From: Octopus bimaculoides
Lineage: Eukaryota
Length of the DNA stretch: 64,000 bases
NCBI RefSeq assembly: GCF_001194135.2
Contig: NC_068986.1
Span: forward strand, 114,859,863 to 114,923,862
Direction: 5' to 3'
In this document: piece by piece, positions 1 through 11,654 of the stretch
Numbering within the stretch: position 1 is the stretch's first letter
Layout: the number at the start of each line of letters is the position of its first letter
Made by a program: the position numbers and the translations under genes
The notes under the pieces: model-generated
What the model was told of the DNA's origin: nothing
Database searches by the model: none
Seen by the model: the letters and a program-made list of their open reading frames with translations, nothing else

Positions 1-1288
1 GAGTTACAGTATTTTTCATTTGAAAACGAACTCATATGCGCTCTATATCTAACCTTAAAGTCCTTCGTGCTTCCTATATAAAACTTATCTAGTTTGTTCT
101 CGTCCCTGACAGTGCATTTATATACCACGTTTGTACATAAACAGAGCCCGTCTGCTTTTTTTAAATTATAAAATATACCCGAGGGAAGTATAGAACTTTA
201 TATCAAGAAGAAGAATATAAAGTACTCTCTTGAATAGTCGATTATATCGAGAGCCCCCTACTTTAAGGCAAATATTAGTAAATGTTCATTATGTATTAGG
301 GAATCCCTTGCGATACTCAGGTCTTTTGGATACTCCCCTTCTGCAACCATAAGTTTTCCTCCACCTTCTTGAAACTGTATAGAAAAAAATAAAAACAATA
401 GATAATAACAAATGTAATAGTTTGCGTTAGGGTGATTTGAAACCTCGAAGATTGATTTTTATACTGCAGCCTGTTTGACTATTCTAAAATAGCATTTTTT
501 CCCCCCATTATTTGCATAGGCTTGTCTAAGGCTGGTCCATATTGACTATATAAACTTGCTCTAATGTCAAAAAGAAAAAAAAAAACAAATTTCATGAAAT
601 CGATTTTACCGATTGATACCTACTGGGTGCTGTATTTGTCTTTTGACCCATGTAGTATTGTGAACTTTTGGGCATGGTGAGCAGAATTAAATTCTACAAG
701 CTTTACCTGCTGGGTGCCTGCATTCACTCTTGTATATACCTAACTGATACGGACTTACCTATTGATGTCTACTGTTTTTAAATTATGAAATATACCCGAG
801 GGAAGTATAGAACTTTACATTCTAACTCTAAATAGTGTTAAATCATTTTAAAGTTTTGTCATTTACTTTTAACCGATGGACAACTTTATTGTACCTCATT
901 TCTTTGTTTTGTTTTATTTTATATCGATCTATATTATATATTTGAAATGTTTAATCGTATTAATTTTAACAGCAACTTGATTCGGAACTTCTATGAAATG
1001 ATATATGTGTATTGTGTTATACCTTTAGCTCAAATTTATTATTCTTAATTTATTTGTATGTTATCGGTTGGAATAATATATTCGTGTATAAAATTTTATA
1101 TTATATGTTCTATTTCTTGCATCTTACTTCTTTATATTTTTGGTATTTTTTAAATTTTATATTCTTACGTTATCCTTATATCTTTTTATTCCTTATGTTT
1201 GGTGGATTATGTTGTATCTCTTATATATGTTCATTGAGGGCGTGTGATATGTTGAGTCGTTAACACAGCGTTTTTATTCTATAACTAA

Positions 1289-1331
<43 letters not shown>

Positions 1332-1346
1332 GTGTGTGTGTGTGTA

Positions 1347-1790
1347 TCTTATATAAAATTGACCTGAAAGTGTGTACATTTACTTTTCACGCGAAAACGG
1401 CTACACGAATTGCTTCCATACTTGAGATACATAAAGAATTTGACCTGTTTAGTTTATTTTACTTTTATCAAAAATAAATCATATTACTTTATATTAATGA
1501 ATCATTTCTTGACAAAGGTTTCTCAATGTCAACCTCGGGTATCGACGTAGCAACGGCCAAATTTTCCGATTTCATTTGTAAAACTTTCACTCTCTATTTT
1601 AATGTTTTCATTTGCAGTTTTAATTCGCTATTTGAAAACAACTACTATGAATTACTGAAAGAAATATTTACTAAGTTCACAAATTTAAATATTCGACACA
1701 AGCTTTCATTTATACGATTTTTTTCGTTTCATTTTTATTTCATTCATTGTTAGCAATCTACTCTCTCCCCTCCTTCTCTCGCTCACACAC
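1347..1790 (+). mobile_element. Helitron-like 5' portion
   Basis: A/TCttatataaaatt...gtgtgt...cacgcgaaaacggct resembles the 5319 element and insect non-autonomous Helitron 5' ends. Confidence 0.45.
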
Positions 1791-2267
1791 ACACACACAC
1801 ACACACACGTATTTTATATGTACGTTTGCAGATATGTATGTGTTTGTGTGTGTAAGAGNNNNNNNNNNNNNNNNNNNNNNNNNNNNNNNNNNNNNNNNNN
1901 NNNNNNNNNNNNNNNNNNNNNNNNNNNNNNNNNNNNNNNNNNNNNNNNNNNNNNNNNNNNNNNNNNNNNNNNNNNNNNNNNNNNNNNNNNNNNNNNNNNN
2001 NNNNNNNNNNNNNNNNNNNNNNNNNNNNNNNNNNNNNNNNNNNNNNNNNNNNNNNNNGTGGTCTCATGTCTACCAGAGCCTTGTGAGTGGATTTGGTAGA
2101 CGGAAACTGAAAGAAGCCCGTCGTATATATATATATATTTAAAGATATATACGAGTATATATACAGGAGGCCAGTATGTGGACTGGTCATGCGCTAGATC
2201 TCATTTTACTTTTTTTGTTTTAATATCTCATAAACGGCTCCAAGTCCTTGAGTTCGGTTACTGGGGG

Positions 2268-5227
2268 CAGCTCGACGAACTCCACCGCTACTCCGGGCGT
2301 ATCAATTTTGCCTGCACATGTGTTTTAGTTTCCTGTATGTGTCCTTATCGACCACAATGGCCTTCACATTTTCAAAGTACACATTTGCGGGTAAGTTTAC
2401 TCTTAAAATATGATTAAATTTTAAAACTTTTTTCTCCGTCTCATTGTTTTTTTAATATGTCACAATCTTCCATTTGTTTTCTCCTCTTGTTTTTTTTTTC
2501 TTTCCTTCTGCTACTGGTGTCTTTCCCTCTTCAACTCCAGACAATTTCTCTATTTCATCCTCGCATGTTTGATCTGTGGTATCTTTTTCCTTCGCTGGGA
2601 CAACCGGCGTCATTAGCACTGTATCCTCCTTCTGTAAATCAACCAGTTTAGTAATTGCCTCCTCTCTTTCTTTCTCCATCACCCCTTCGTCTGCCTTGCC
2701 TCTGGTCACAGCATTCTTTTCCACCTTTTCAGATCGGACCAGACCAGAGAACAGAACAGAACAGACCAGACCAGAGACCAGACATCGCATCGCATCTTTA
2801 CAATACACTTTTACATTATTCGGCACTTACGGCCATAACACAGGGGGACACAACATTACAATGGAGATATAAAACATAAAACGAATTACAATGAGATGTT
2901 ATATAATGAAGAAATGAAATGGCTGCATGGGCCCCATAACCATGCAGTACCATTTGAACGTTTATATAGACCATTTACCATCGTTCACTCTTTCTATTAT
3001 TGCTTCTTAATTACCTGTTTTTCTTTTTGTTTTTTTTAATACATTTATAACAAAACACTTTTCCCCTTTTTGTTTCCCCCCCCCCTTCTGTAAACCAACC
3101 AGTTTAGTATTTGCCTCCTCTCTTTCTTTCTCCACCACCCACTTCGCTTGCCTTCCCTCTGAGAACTGAACGGAACGGAACGGAAGTCCGTCGCACTGGG
3201 CCCGAACGTACGCCCGTTCGAGCGGAAAGCAGCCGTGCGTTCCGCGTGCACGCACGGACGCTCCCNNNNNNNNNNNNNNNNNNNNNNNNNNNNNNNNNNN
3301 NNNNNNNNNNNNNNNNNNNNNNNNNNNNNNNNNNNNNNNNNNNNNNNNNNNNNNNNNNNNNNNNNNNNNNNNNNNNNNNNNNNNNNNNNNNNNNNNNNNN
3401 NNNNNNNNNNNNNNNNNNNNNNNNNNNNNNNNNNNNNNNNNNNNNNNNNNNNNNNNNNNNNNNNNNNNNNNNNNNNNNNNNNNNNNNNNNNNNNNNNNNN
3501 NNNNNNNNNNNNNNNNNNNNNNNNNNNNNNNNNNNNNNNNNNNNNNNNNNNNNNNNNNNNNNNNNNNNNNNNNNNNNNNNNNNNNNNNNNNNNNNNNNNN
3601 NNNNNNNNNNNNNNNNNNNNNNNNNNNNNNNNNNNNNNNNCGAACGGCGGGGCAGCTCGTCGAACTCCACCGCTACTCCGGGCGTAACAATTTTGCCTGC
3701 ACATGTGTTTTAGTTTCCTGTATGTGTCCTTATCGACCACAATGGCCTTCACATTTTCAAAGTACACATCTGTGGATAAGTTTACTCTTATAATATGATT
3801 AAATTTTAGAACTTTTTTCTCCGTTTCATTGTTTTTTTAATATGTCACAATCTTCCATTTGTTTTCAACTCTTTTTTTTTTTCTTTCCTTCTGCTACTGG
3901 TGTCTTTCCCTCTTCAACTCCAAACAATTTCTCTATTTCATCCACGCATGTTTGATTTGTGGAATCTTTTTCCTTCGCTGGGACAACCGGCGTCATTAGC
4001 ACTGTATCCTCCTTCTGTAAATCAACCACTTTAGTAATTGCCTCTTCTCTTTCTTTCTCCATCACTCCTTCGTCTGCCTTCCCTCTGGTCACAGCATTCT
4101 TTTCATTCTCTTCAGATCGGACCAGAGCAAAGACCAGATATCATATCACGTCACGTCTTGAACGTACGCCCGTTCGATCTAGAAGCAGCGTCCGTTCGTT
4201 TCGCGTGAACGTACGTCCGTCTGAACGAAACGAACCTCCTTGCGTCCGTTCTGTCGCCTGCAAGTGCGTCCGTCCGAACGAAACTAACGTCATTGCGTCC
4301 GTTCTCTCGCCTGCACGTACGTCCGTTCGTTCTTTCGCCTGCACGTACGTCCATCCGAACGAAACCAACGTCCTTGCGTCCGTTCTGTCGCCTGCACGTA
4401 CGTCCATCCGAACGAAACCAACGTCCTTGCGTCCGTTCTTTCGCCTACACGTACGTCCGTCCGAACGTCCTTGCGTCCNNNNNNNNNNNNNNNNNNNNNN
4501 NNNNNNNNNNNNNNNNNNNNNNNNNNNNNNNNNNNNNNNNNNNNNNNNNNNNNNNNNNNNNNNNNNNNNNNNNNNNNNNNNNNNNNNNNNNNNNNNNNNN
4601 NNNNNNNNNNNNNNNNNNNNNNNNNNNNNNNNNNNNNNNNNNNNNNNNNNNNNNNNNNNNNNNNNNNNNNNNNNNNNNNNNNNNNNNNNNNNNNNNNNNN
4701 NNNNNNNNNNNNNNNNNNNNNNNNNNNNNNNNNNNNNNNNNNNNNNNNNNNNNNNNNNNNNNNNNNNNNNNNNNNNNNNNNNNNNNNNNNNNNNNNNNNN
4801 NNNNNNNNNNNNNNNNNNNNNNNNNNNNNNNNNNNNNNNNNNNNNNNNNNNNNNNNNNNNNNNNNNNNNNNNNNNNNNNNNNNNNNNNNNNNNNNNNNNN
4901 NNNNNNNNNNNNNNNNNNNNNNNNNNNNNNNNNNNNNNNNNNNNNNNNNNGCCTGCACGTACGTCCATCCGAACGAAACCAACGTCTTTGCGTCCGTTCT
5001 TTCGCCTGCACGTACGTCCATCCGAACGAAACCAACGTCTTTGCGTCCGTTCTTTCGCCTGCACGTACGTCCGTCCGAACGAAACCAACGCCCTTGCGTC
5101 CGTTCTTTCGCCTGCACGTACGTCCGTCCGAACGAAACGAACGTCCTTGCGTCCGTTCTTTCGTCAGCACGTACGTCCGTCCGAACGAAACCAACGTCCT
5201 TGCGTCCGTTCTTTCGCCTGCAGCTCG
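2268..5227. repeat. Tandem duplication of a ~1.4-1.6 kb unit
   Basis: 2268-2735 aligns with 3652-4135, with a partial internal copy at 3075-3160. Each unit ends in a CpG-rich array, and a third unit start (cagctcg) is seen at 5221. Confidence 0.85.
4160..5220 (+). repeat. 53-bp CpG-rich minisatellite
   Basis: Unit gcctgcacgtacgtccRtccgaacgaaaccaacgtcYttgcgtccgttctttc starts at 4951, 5004, 5057 and 5110; interrupted by an N gap. Confidence 0.92.
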
Positions 5228-5318
5228 GGGAATAGGGATATAACATTAATTTGTTTTTCGGTGGTCGCATCAATATAATACACACACACATACATGTATG
5301 TATATGTGTGTATTCATA

Positions 5319-7063
5319 TCTCTTATATAAAAGTCAATGTCTTTGTGTGTTCTTGTGTTACTTATAATTCGAAAACTACTGCACTGATACTAATGAAATT
5401 TGGAATACAAAATCCAAGCCTAAGGAGAAGGGTAATGCTGTGTGTTTCATACAATTTCATGGACCAAAATTACTGAATGGATGCTTATAGTATTTGGAAC
5501 TTAGATTCAATGGGTAAGGGCAGGTATAATGCAGTGTTTTGTCTGAAATTGAGATAGATTAAAGGGGGCAGAACCCCCATGAAAATTCATAAATTTTCAA
5601 TGTTGATAAAATTTCAACCATGGGTAATTGACACACATCAAGAGGTATTTTCAAACTTTCCACTTCTCATGAGGATTCTAAGACCCCCTAATGGGGGCCT
5701 TAACTCCCAAATTTTAGTCATTTTTATGATCCAAAACTAGGTCAAAATACTGAATGGATCTTTATGAAATTTGGTAATTATATTCTATGCTTAAAGGCCA
5801 TAACCCCCATGAAAATTCATATATTTTTGCTGTTGATGAAATTTTAATCATAGATATTACACACAAATGAAGTAATACTTCTAAAATTTCATCTTAGAAG
5901 TTAGAAAGACCTCTTCATGGGGACTTAACACCCACAATTTTGTTATTTTATCTAAGCAAAGACGAATACAGTTGTACTCTTGGAAGCTGTAGGGTCACCC
6001 GAGCACGAATATGAGCGTTATTTGTAATTCAATGGTACAACAGTGTAAGAGTTGGCTTTGAGATATACCTACATCGTGATTTCTGCAATGGTGCATAAAT
6101 TGTCAAGTAAATGAGAGGCATCCTTGCCTCCACTGATTCAGTTGCAAAGTGTTGAGCAAAGTTATTTCCTTGCAGACCTCTTTTGAGTCTTTTTATTATC
6201 ACTGGATCACACAGTCCCCAGGTGGTAACATTGATTTCAAGGCATTCCCAGATGAGTGACTGGTTATTCAAAAACATTTATAGATTGTAAATTTATTCTG
6301 TCCAGTTACCTATCGGTATANNNNNNNNNNTAGATTGTAAATTTATTCTGTCCAGTTACCTATCGGTATAGTGGTCAGTTGCAAACTCCAGAGGTGACAA
6401 TTTCATTTCCCCTTAGCCCTCACGTCACAGCTGTTAATGTTTCTTTCAGTTGGGTCACACCGTTCCAATTGCTATACATCCGTAATGCATCTTACGGCTG
6501 TGCCTGTCACCTGTATGGTGAGGAATTCTACATTGGGGAGCAGTAACGACTAGGGTAGGGTAGCTGACTGCTAATTGTGATCATTCGTCTTTTGGTTTCC
6601 TGTAGCTTTGCTCTCTTTTACCAACCCAGTGAACATACATATATTTCCTATTTAAAAGAAATTCGAACAATAGATATAAGACCGAAGTCAAAAAGATTCT
6701 CAACAATTCAACTTCTCTAGTTGACATTAAGACACCCCCCCCCCCCCAATAGGGGCCTTAACTCCCATATTTTACAGCTCCATGACCTCCATTTTTCAGG
6801 AGCAAAATCCTTTTAACAGGTTCCATAAGACTGGAATTTTGGAATTTGTGCATGAAGTTCAGTAGTATGGGATACATGTGTCATGATTAGAATTTTTTTA
6901 CGGTGTGTAAAGAGGGAAAGAACCCTCATCTGCAATTTTGATGAAATTCGAATCCCAGGTATTCCAGTACATTACAGAAAATATACAACGCCGGGTATAT
7001 CTGCTAGTATTATATACAAACGATGCCATTTTAGTCCCGAGCACGGCCAGATATCTCTGCTAG
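5319..7063 (+). mobile_element. Non-autonomous Helitron-like element
   Basis: Starts A/TC(tc)ttatataaaag...gtgtgt...cgaaaact and ends caacgccgggtatatctgCTAG/T (7007). A second similar end gcacggccagatatctctgCTAG/T lies at 7063. Internal ggggccttaactccca repeats at ~5694, 5920 and 6752. Confidence 0.55.
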
Positions 7064-7525
7064 TTTGTAATAAACTCTTTTGTTTGTCTTCACATTTGAG
7101 TTCAATTTTCGCCAAGGTTGACTTTGTCTTTCACCCTTTCAGGGTCAATAAAATTGCAATGTAATCGATTTACCCCCACCCGAAGATTGCTGTTTTTGTG
7201 TCGAGATTTTAAATCAATATTTGTGATAAATTATTTTCCAATGTGTGGGTGTTTAAAAACATAAATGCTTTCAGAATGTGTAAAAAGCCAGTGATACTTT
7301 ATTTTATCTAATATAGTTTTTACAAAAGAAAAACAAAGAAAATAAGAAAAAAAGCATTGATGCTGTACCAAGTGCTTCAACTGGTCGCACACCACAAGGT
7401 TCAATGGAACCTACTGAAACAAGCCAACACACTCACATTACCACAGGCTAAGACATTGGAAAAGCTGAGTGCCCTAATGGGTATCACCTGACACCTTAGT
7501 AAAGCAAGCAGCCAACAATGTACAA

Positions 7526-8022
7526 CAGGCGCCACCAAACTTTTCACGGCAAGCCAGATAACTGAATGGTGAGTGTGGGCCGCATAACCATCTTGTTCAA
7601 TACAATACAGTGAATGCACAAAAAATAAAGGCAACCAACATATTTATCTACTAAAAAGTTATCAAAAAAGGCGATGTTAGCAACACTCAGTGCGCACACA
7701 TCTGAATCTCACAAACTAAGCAGCAAAAAGGCTAGTGAGATTTACGAAACTGGTGTTTGGCTTTTTAAGATATCATCAATATTTGCTTTGGAATTGCTGC
7801 ATCCAACCAAGAAAATTGCTTTCGAATGTTCATCAGTCAACCTCGTTCGACGGGCTGACTTCACATTCTTCATTTTTAATGCTTGCTCACAGACATAAGT
7901 TGTTCCAAACACTGATGCCATACCAGGTGAATGAACTCTCATTGTAGGTACTTACACAAAAAGTACAGTGCGGCAGCGGGCCAGATGAACTGACTTGAAG
8001 GGCTGTAGTTTGGTAAACCCTG
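7526..8022 (-). mobile_element. hAT (Charlie/SPIN-like) deletion derivative
   Basis: Imperfect TIRs caggcgccaccaaac / tttggtaaaccctg and a perfect 8-bp TSD atgtacaa. Internal ORF FGTTYVCEQ..MKNVKSARRTRLTDEH matches the hAT dimerisation domain. Confidence 0.88.
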
Positions 8023-8322
8023 ATGTACAAGAACTTTGCAGTTAGTGTGGTCCAGTCCCTCCAAATGTCTCATACGCCATGTAAATAATTGATATTTTCA
8101 TTTATAAATGTAACAGTGACACAAAACTTTTTATACAAATGCTTGTTTGGTTTGAACACAAGTCTTTTTTTGCTCTTATTGTGGTGGAGTTTTGGATCAT
8201 GATGCCCACAAAGTTGAATTTTCTCCATTTTGGCAGGGATTTCCCCCTCCCAAATATGCTCATGGGAACAATGGGGAGTAGCTCATTGTGAAAATAAAAT
8301 TGGGGAGCAAGAGATAAGCATA

Positions 8323-8656
8323 GTGCAGGCATGGCTGTGTGGTAAGAAGCTTGCTTCCCAACCACCTCATTCTGGGTTCAGACCTGCTATAGCCTCAAGC
8401 TGATCAATGCCTTGTGAGTGGATTTGGGAGATGGAAACTGAAAGAAGCCGGTTGTGTGTGTGTATGTATTGTGTCTGTGTTTGTTCCCCACCATCGCTTG
8501 ACAACCAATGTTGGTGTGTATATGTCCCTATAACTTAGCAGTTCGACAAAAGTGTCCAATAGTACTAGACTTACAAAGAATAAGTCAAGGGGGTCGATTT
8601 GTTTGACTAAAGGTGGTGCTCCAGCATGGCCCAGTCAAATGACTGAAACCAGTAAA
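8323..8656 (+). mobile_element. tRNA-derived SINE family A (internal TG/TA microsatellite)
   Basis: Head ggctgtgtggtaagaagcttgcttcccaacc...gggttca; tail gtcaaatgactgaaac. Confidence 0.85.
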
Positions 8657-9105
8657 TATATATTTATTTGCCCACCACTGCAAACAATCTATACATAAAT
8701 CATCATTACCATTTAATGTCCGTTTTTCCATGGATGACTTGACAGGAACTGGCATGGCCGGAGGTTCCAGTCTGTTTTGGCCTGGTTCCTACAGTTAGAT
8801 GCCCTTCCTAATGCCAATCACTTTACAGACTGTACTGGGTGCTTTTTTTTATGTGGCATCAGAACCCACACCAGTGCTTTTTACAAAACCCCTTGATTTT
8901 AGGATCTCAATTCTGTTGTGGTGGGCAGGTCTCCTTGAGTACAACACATATATGTCAGTTTCCTGTCACCTCCACCGTAAGATTCAGTGTTTTGCGATCA
9001 ACTTTCAATACTTTGTTCCATGTCTTCCTGGGTCTCCCTCTGCTGTGCACATACAGTCTAGTAGAGGATAAACATATTCTTTAGTTAAACTTAAATCAAT
9101 TAACT

Positions 9106-9402
9106 TAGTGGTTCCCAAAGTGGGTGGTATTGCTCCCTGGGGTGGTGGGGGAAAGTTCCAAGTGGGCGTTAAAGAAAAGTGGGACAGCAATTCATGTAAA
9201 AATTGGGGTGATATTGGGGTAGCGATTCATGTAAAAACAACAAAATAATGGGTTCATTAGGTTAAGTTTTATTTGTGAAATACATTTGCTTTGAATTTGC
9301 TTCAGAAAGAGGTCTATGTTTATGGTGGTTAGTTGGGGTGGGGGAGCTAGGAATGTGGCCTGGGCGTCAAGGGGGTGGCAGCCCAAAAGTGTTTGGGAAC
9401 TG
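9106..9402. mobile_element. hAT MITE
   Basis: TIR tagtggttcccaaa and a perfect 8-bp TSD aattaact. Homologous, in opposite orientation, to 52268-52577. Confidence 0.85.
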
Positions 9403-9910
9403 AATTAACTTAGAAGTTTTTATGTAGTTCTTTTAGTGGTGTTAGGGTTGTTTAATAGTTATTGGTGAACATCAAGACTTGGTAGGATGTGTGTTACTAA
9501 TTACCATAGTAATATTGGTATTAATCTCACTTGGAGCTTTTGCTTTTATATATACACAACAGGTGAATGAATTGAACAACATTCAAGAAACAGCAAGGGG
9601 AACAAGTGCAAGTTTCTATTGTAAAGTACACTAAACAGGCGCAGGCGTGGCTGTGTGGTAAGAAGCTTGCTTCCCAACAACATGGTTCATGCTCCAATCT
9701 GATCTGGCAGAGTTTCTACAGCTGGATGCCCTTCCTAATGCCAATCACTCTAAGAGTGTAGTGGGTGCTTTTTACATGCTCCTGGCAAGGGAGCCAGTCA
9801 GGTGGCACTGGCATATTGTCATGTAGATATTTTCCAGGTTTCTATGATGTGTGAAGATTTCAAGACTGTTAATTGGTGAGTGAACGAACTTTTACCAAAA
9901 TTAGGTTAAT

Positions 9911-10257
9911 TATTTACATTTGATGGATATTTGTCCTCATCTTGTTTGTCGTTAACGCGTTTCAGCTGATATACCCTCCAGCCTTCATCAGGTGTCTTGG
10001 GGAAATTTTGAACCTGGATTCTCATTCCTAAGGTATTTTTCGATGTTGTTATTATTATTCAGGTCACTGCCTGGAGTCAAACTCGGAATCTTGGGGTTAG
10101 TAGCCCACCTTCTTAACCACTATGTCATATGCCCAAGATACCTGATGAAGGCTGGAGGGTATATCTGCCGAAACGTTGTGTTAACAACAAACAAGAGGAG
10201 GTCAAATATCCATCAAATGTAAATAATGTAAATAATTCCTCATCTCTTAAATATAGA
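9911..10257. mobile_element. tRNA-headed HHR-bearing SINE (family D), inverted dimer insertion
   Basis: A minus-strand copy (9911-10134) is joined to a plus-strand HHR-plus-tail copy (10133-10257). The perfect 17-bp TSD accaaaattaggttaat lies at 9894-9910 and 10258-10274. Confidence 0.8.
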
Positions 10258-10541
10258 ACCAAAATTAGGTTAATCAAAAAACTTCACCAATTCTACCATA
10301 AGCACTAAAGGAAACTTTTCCATCCAAGTCGGATGTTAATATTGAAGTTAAAACAATGATGATGCTTTACAAGTAAAACAAACAAAAGAATACATTGTAA
10401 ATATATTTCTTTTTTTCTATTTATTTCCCGAATATATAAATGATTTATCAAAAATATTATAACTGTATGGTTTTAATAGTGCGAATAAATTTATATGATA
10501 AATGGTGATTTATAGAAAATGTTTCCTCACAAACCTCAACG

Positions 10542-11654
10542 TTAAATTTTCTCTCCATCATGAATCTTACGCTTATGCTTAGATAAATAACCCCTGCAAA
10601 CAAATGATTTCCCACAAATATCACAGCTGTATTGTTTTTTCCCAAAGTGAATACGTGTATGTTCTCTTAAGGTGTTCTTATGTGAAAACTCTTTGCCACA
10701 GATTTCACAGGTGTAGGGTTTCTCTCCAGTGTGTGTACGTTTGTGTCTGGTTAAAGGACCATTTTGAGAAAATGTCTGACCACAGATTTCACAGTGGTGT
10801 GGCTTCTCCCCAGTATGAATACGTTTATGTACTCTTAAACTGCTTTTATCTGAAAATTCTTTTCCACAAACTTCACAGTGAAAAGGAGTCTCACCTGTAT
10901 GAATACGTTTATGTATTGTTAAAATGTATTTTTCAGGGAATGCTTTGCCACAGATTTCACAGCGGTGTCGTTTTTCCCCAGTGTGAACACGTTTATGTCT
11001 TAACAAGGAGCCACTACTTGGACATTTTTTCCCACATACTTCACAGTGATAAGGTTTCTCTCCAGTGTGAGTACGTTTGTGAACTGTTAGAGAAGATTTT
11101 ACAGCATAGGATTTCCCGCATATTTCACAGTGGTATGGTTTCGAGTGTACCCCTTCGTGATAGCGTAAGTCACTCTGATAAGAAAAAACTTTCCCACAAT
11201 CATCACATTTATATGGCTTCTTCCCAGTGTGGGTATGTTTATGTCTTGTTAAATTACAGATTCGAGAAAATGTTTTGCCACAAATTTCACAATAGTGTGG
11301 CTTCTCCCCAGTGTGAGTCCGTTTGTGGGCCATTAAACCAGATTTTGCAGAAAATGGTTTTCCACATATTTTGCAGTGGTATGGTTTCTCTCCAGTGTGA
11401 GTTCGTTCATGCAGTGGTAAATAAGCTTTTGCAGAAAATGCTTTCCCACATATTTCACATTGGTATGGCTTCTCTCCAGTATGAATACGTTCGTGTACTA
11501 TTAAATAAGCTTTTGCCGAGAATTCTTTCCCACATATTTCACATTTGAATTCTTTTTCCCCTGTATGAGTCCACTTATGAATAGATAATTTACAGTTTGT
11601 AAGTATTTTCCCACAAATTTCACATTTATAATGTTTACCTACTTTCAGAAACAT
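10542..11654 (-). CDS. C2H2 zinc-finger protein (370 aa, 13 tandem fingers, no effector domain), ZNF-A
   Basis: ORF with 13 CxxC-x12-HxxxH fingers (finger 1 is one residue short) and TGEKP linkers. Whole CDS lies in one exon; 3' splice site ttttatttcag with exon start at 11756, and ATG at 11654. AATAAA on the minus strand at 10420-10425. Confidence 0.93.
   Translation of the reverse strand: MFLKVGKHYKCEICGKILTNCKLSIHKWTHTGEKEFKCEICGKEFSAKAYLIVHERIHTGEKPYQCEICGKAFSAKAYLPLHERTHTGEKPYHCKICGKPFSAKSGLMAHKRTHTGEKPHYCEICGKTFSRICNLTRHKHTHTGKKPYKCDDCGKVFSYQSDLRYHEGVHSKPYHCEICGKSYAVKSSLTVHKRTHTGEKPYHCEVCGKKCPSSGSLLRHKRVHTGEKRHRCEICGKAFPEKYILTIHKRIHTGETPFHCEVCGKEFSDKSSLRVHKRIHTGEKPHHCEICGQTFSQNGPLTRHKRTHTGEKPYTCEICGKEFSHKNTLREHTRIHFGKKQYSCDICGKSFVCRGYLSKHKRKIHDGEKI

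Noticed and set aside
1012-1263. Hydrophobic 83-aa ORF and the many other short ORF-track entries
   Set aside because: Low-complexity AT-rich sequence or SINE/microsatellite translations with no recognisable domain.
3959-5291. Long overlapping ORFs on both strands
   Set aside because: They arise from a stop-free 53-bp minisatellite and N gaps.
6281-6370. 40-bp direct repeat around a 10-N gap
   Set aside because: Identical sequence on both sides of a minimal gap is a typical unmerged contig overlap.
10604-11548. 314-aa plus-strand ORF antisense to ZNF-A (and similar ORFs antisense to ZNF-B)
   Set aside because: Shadow ORFs of repetitive zinc-finger codons.
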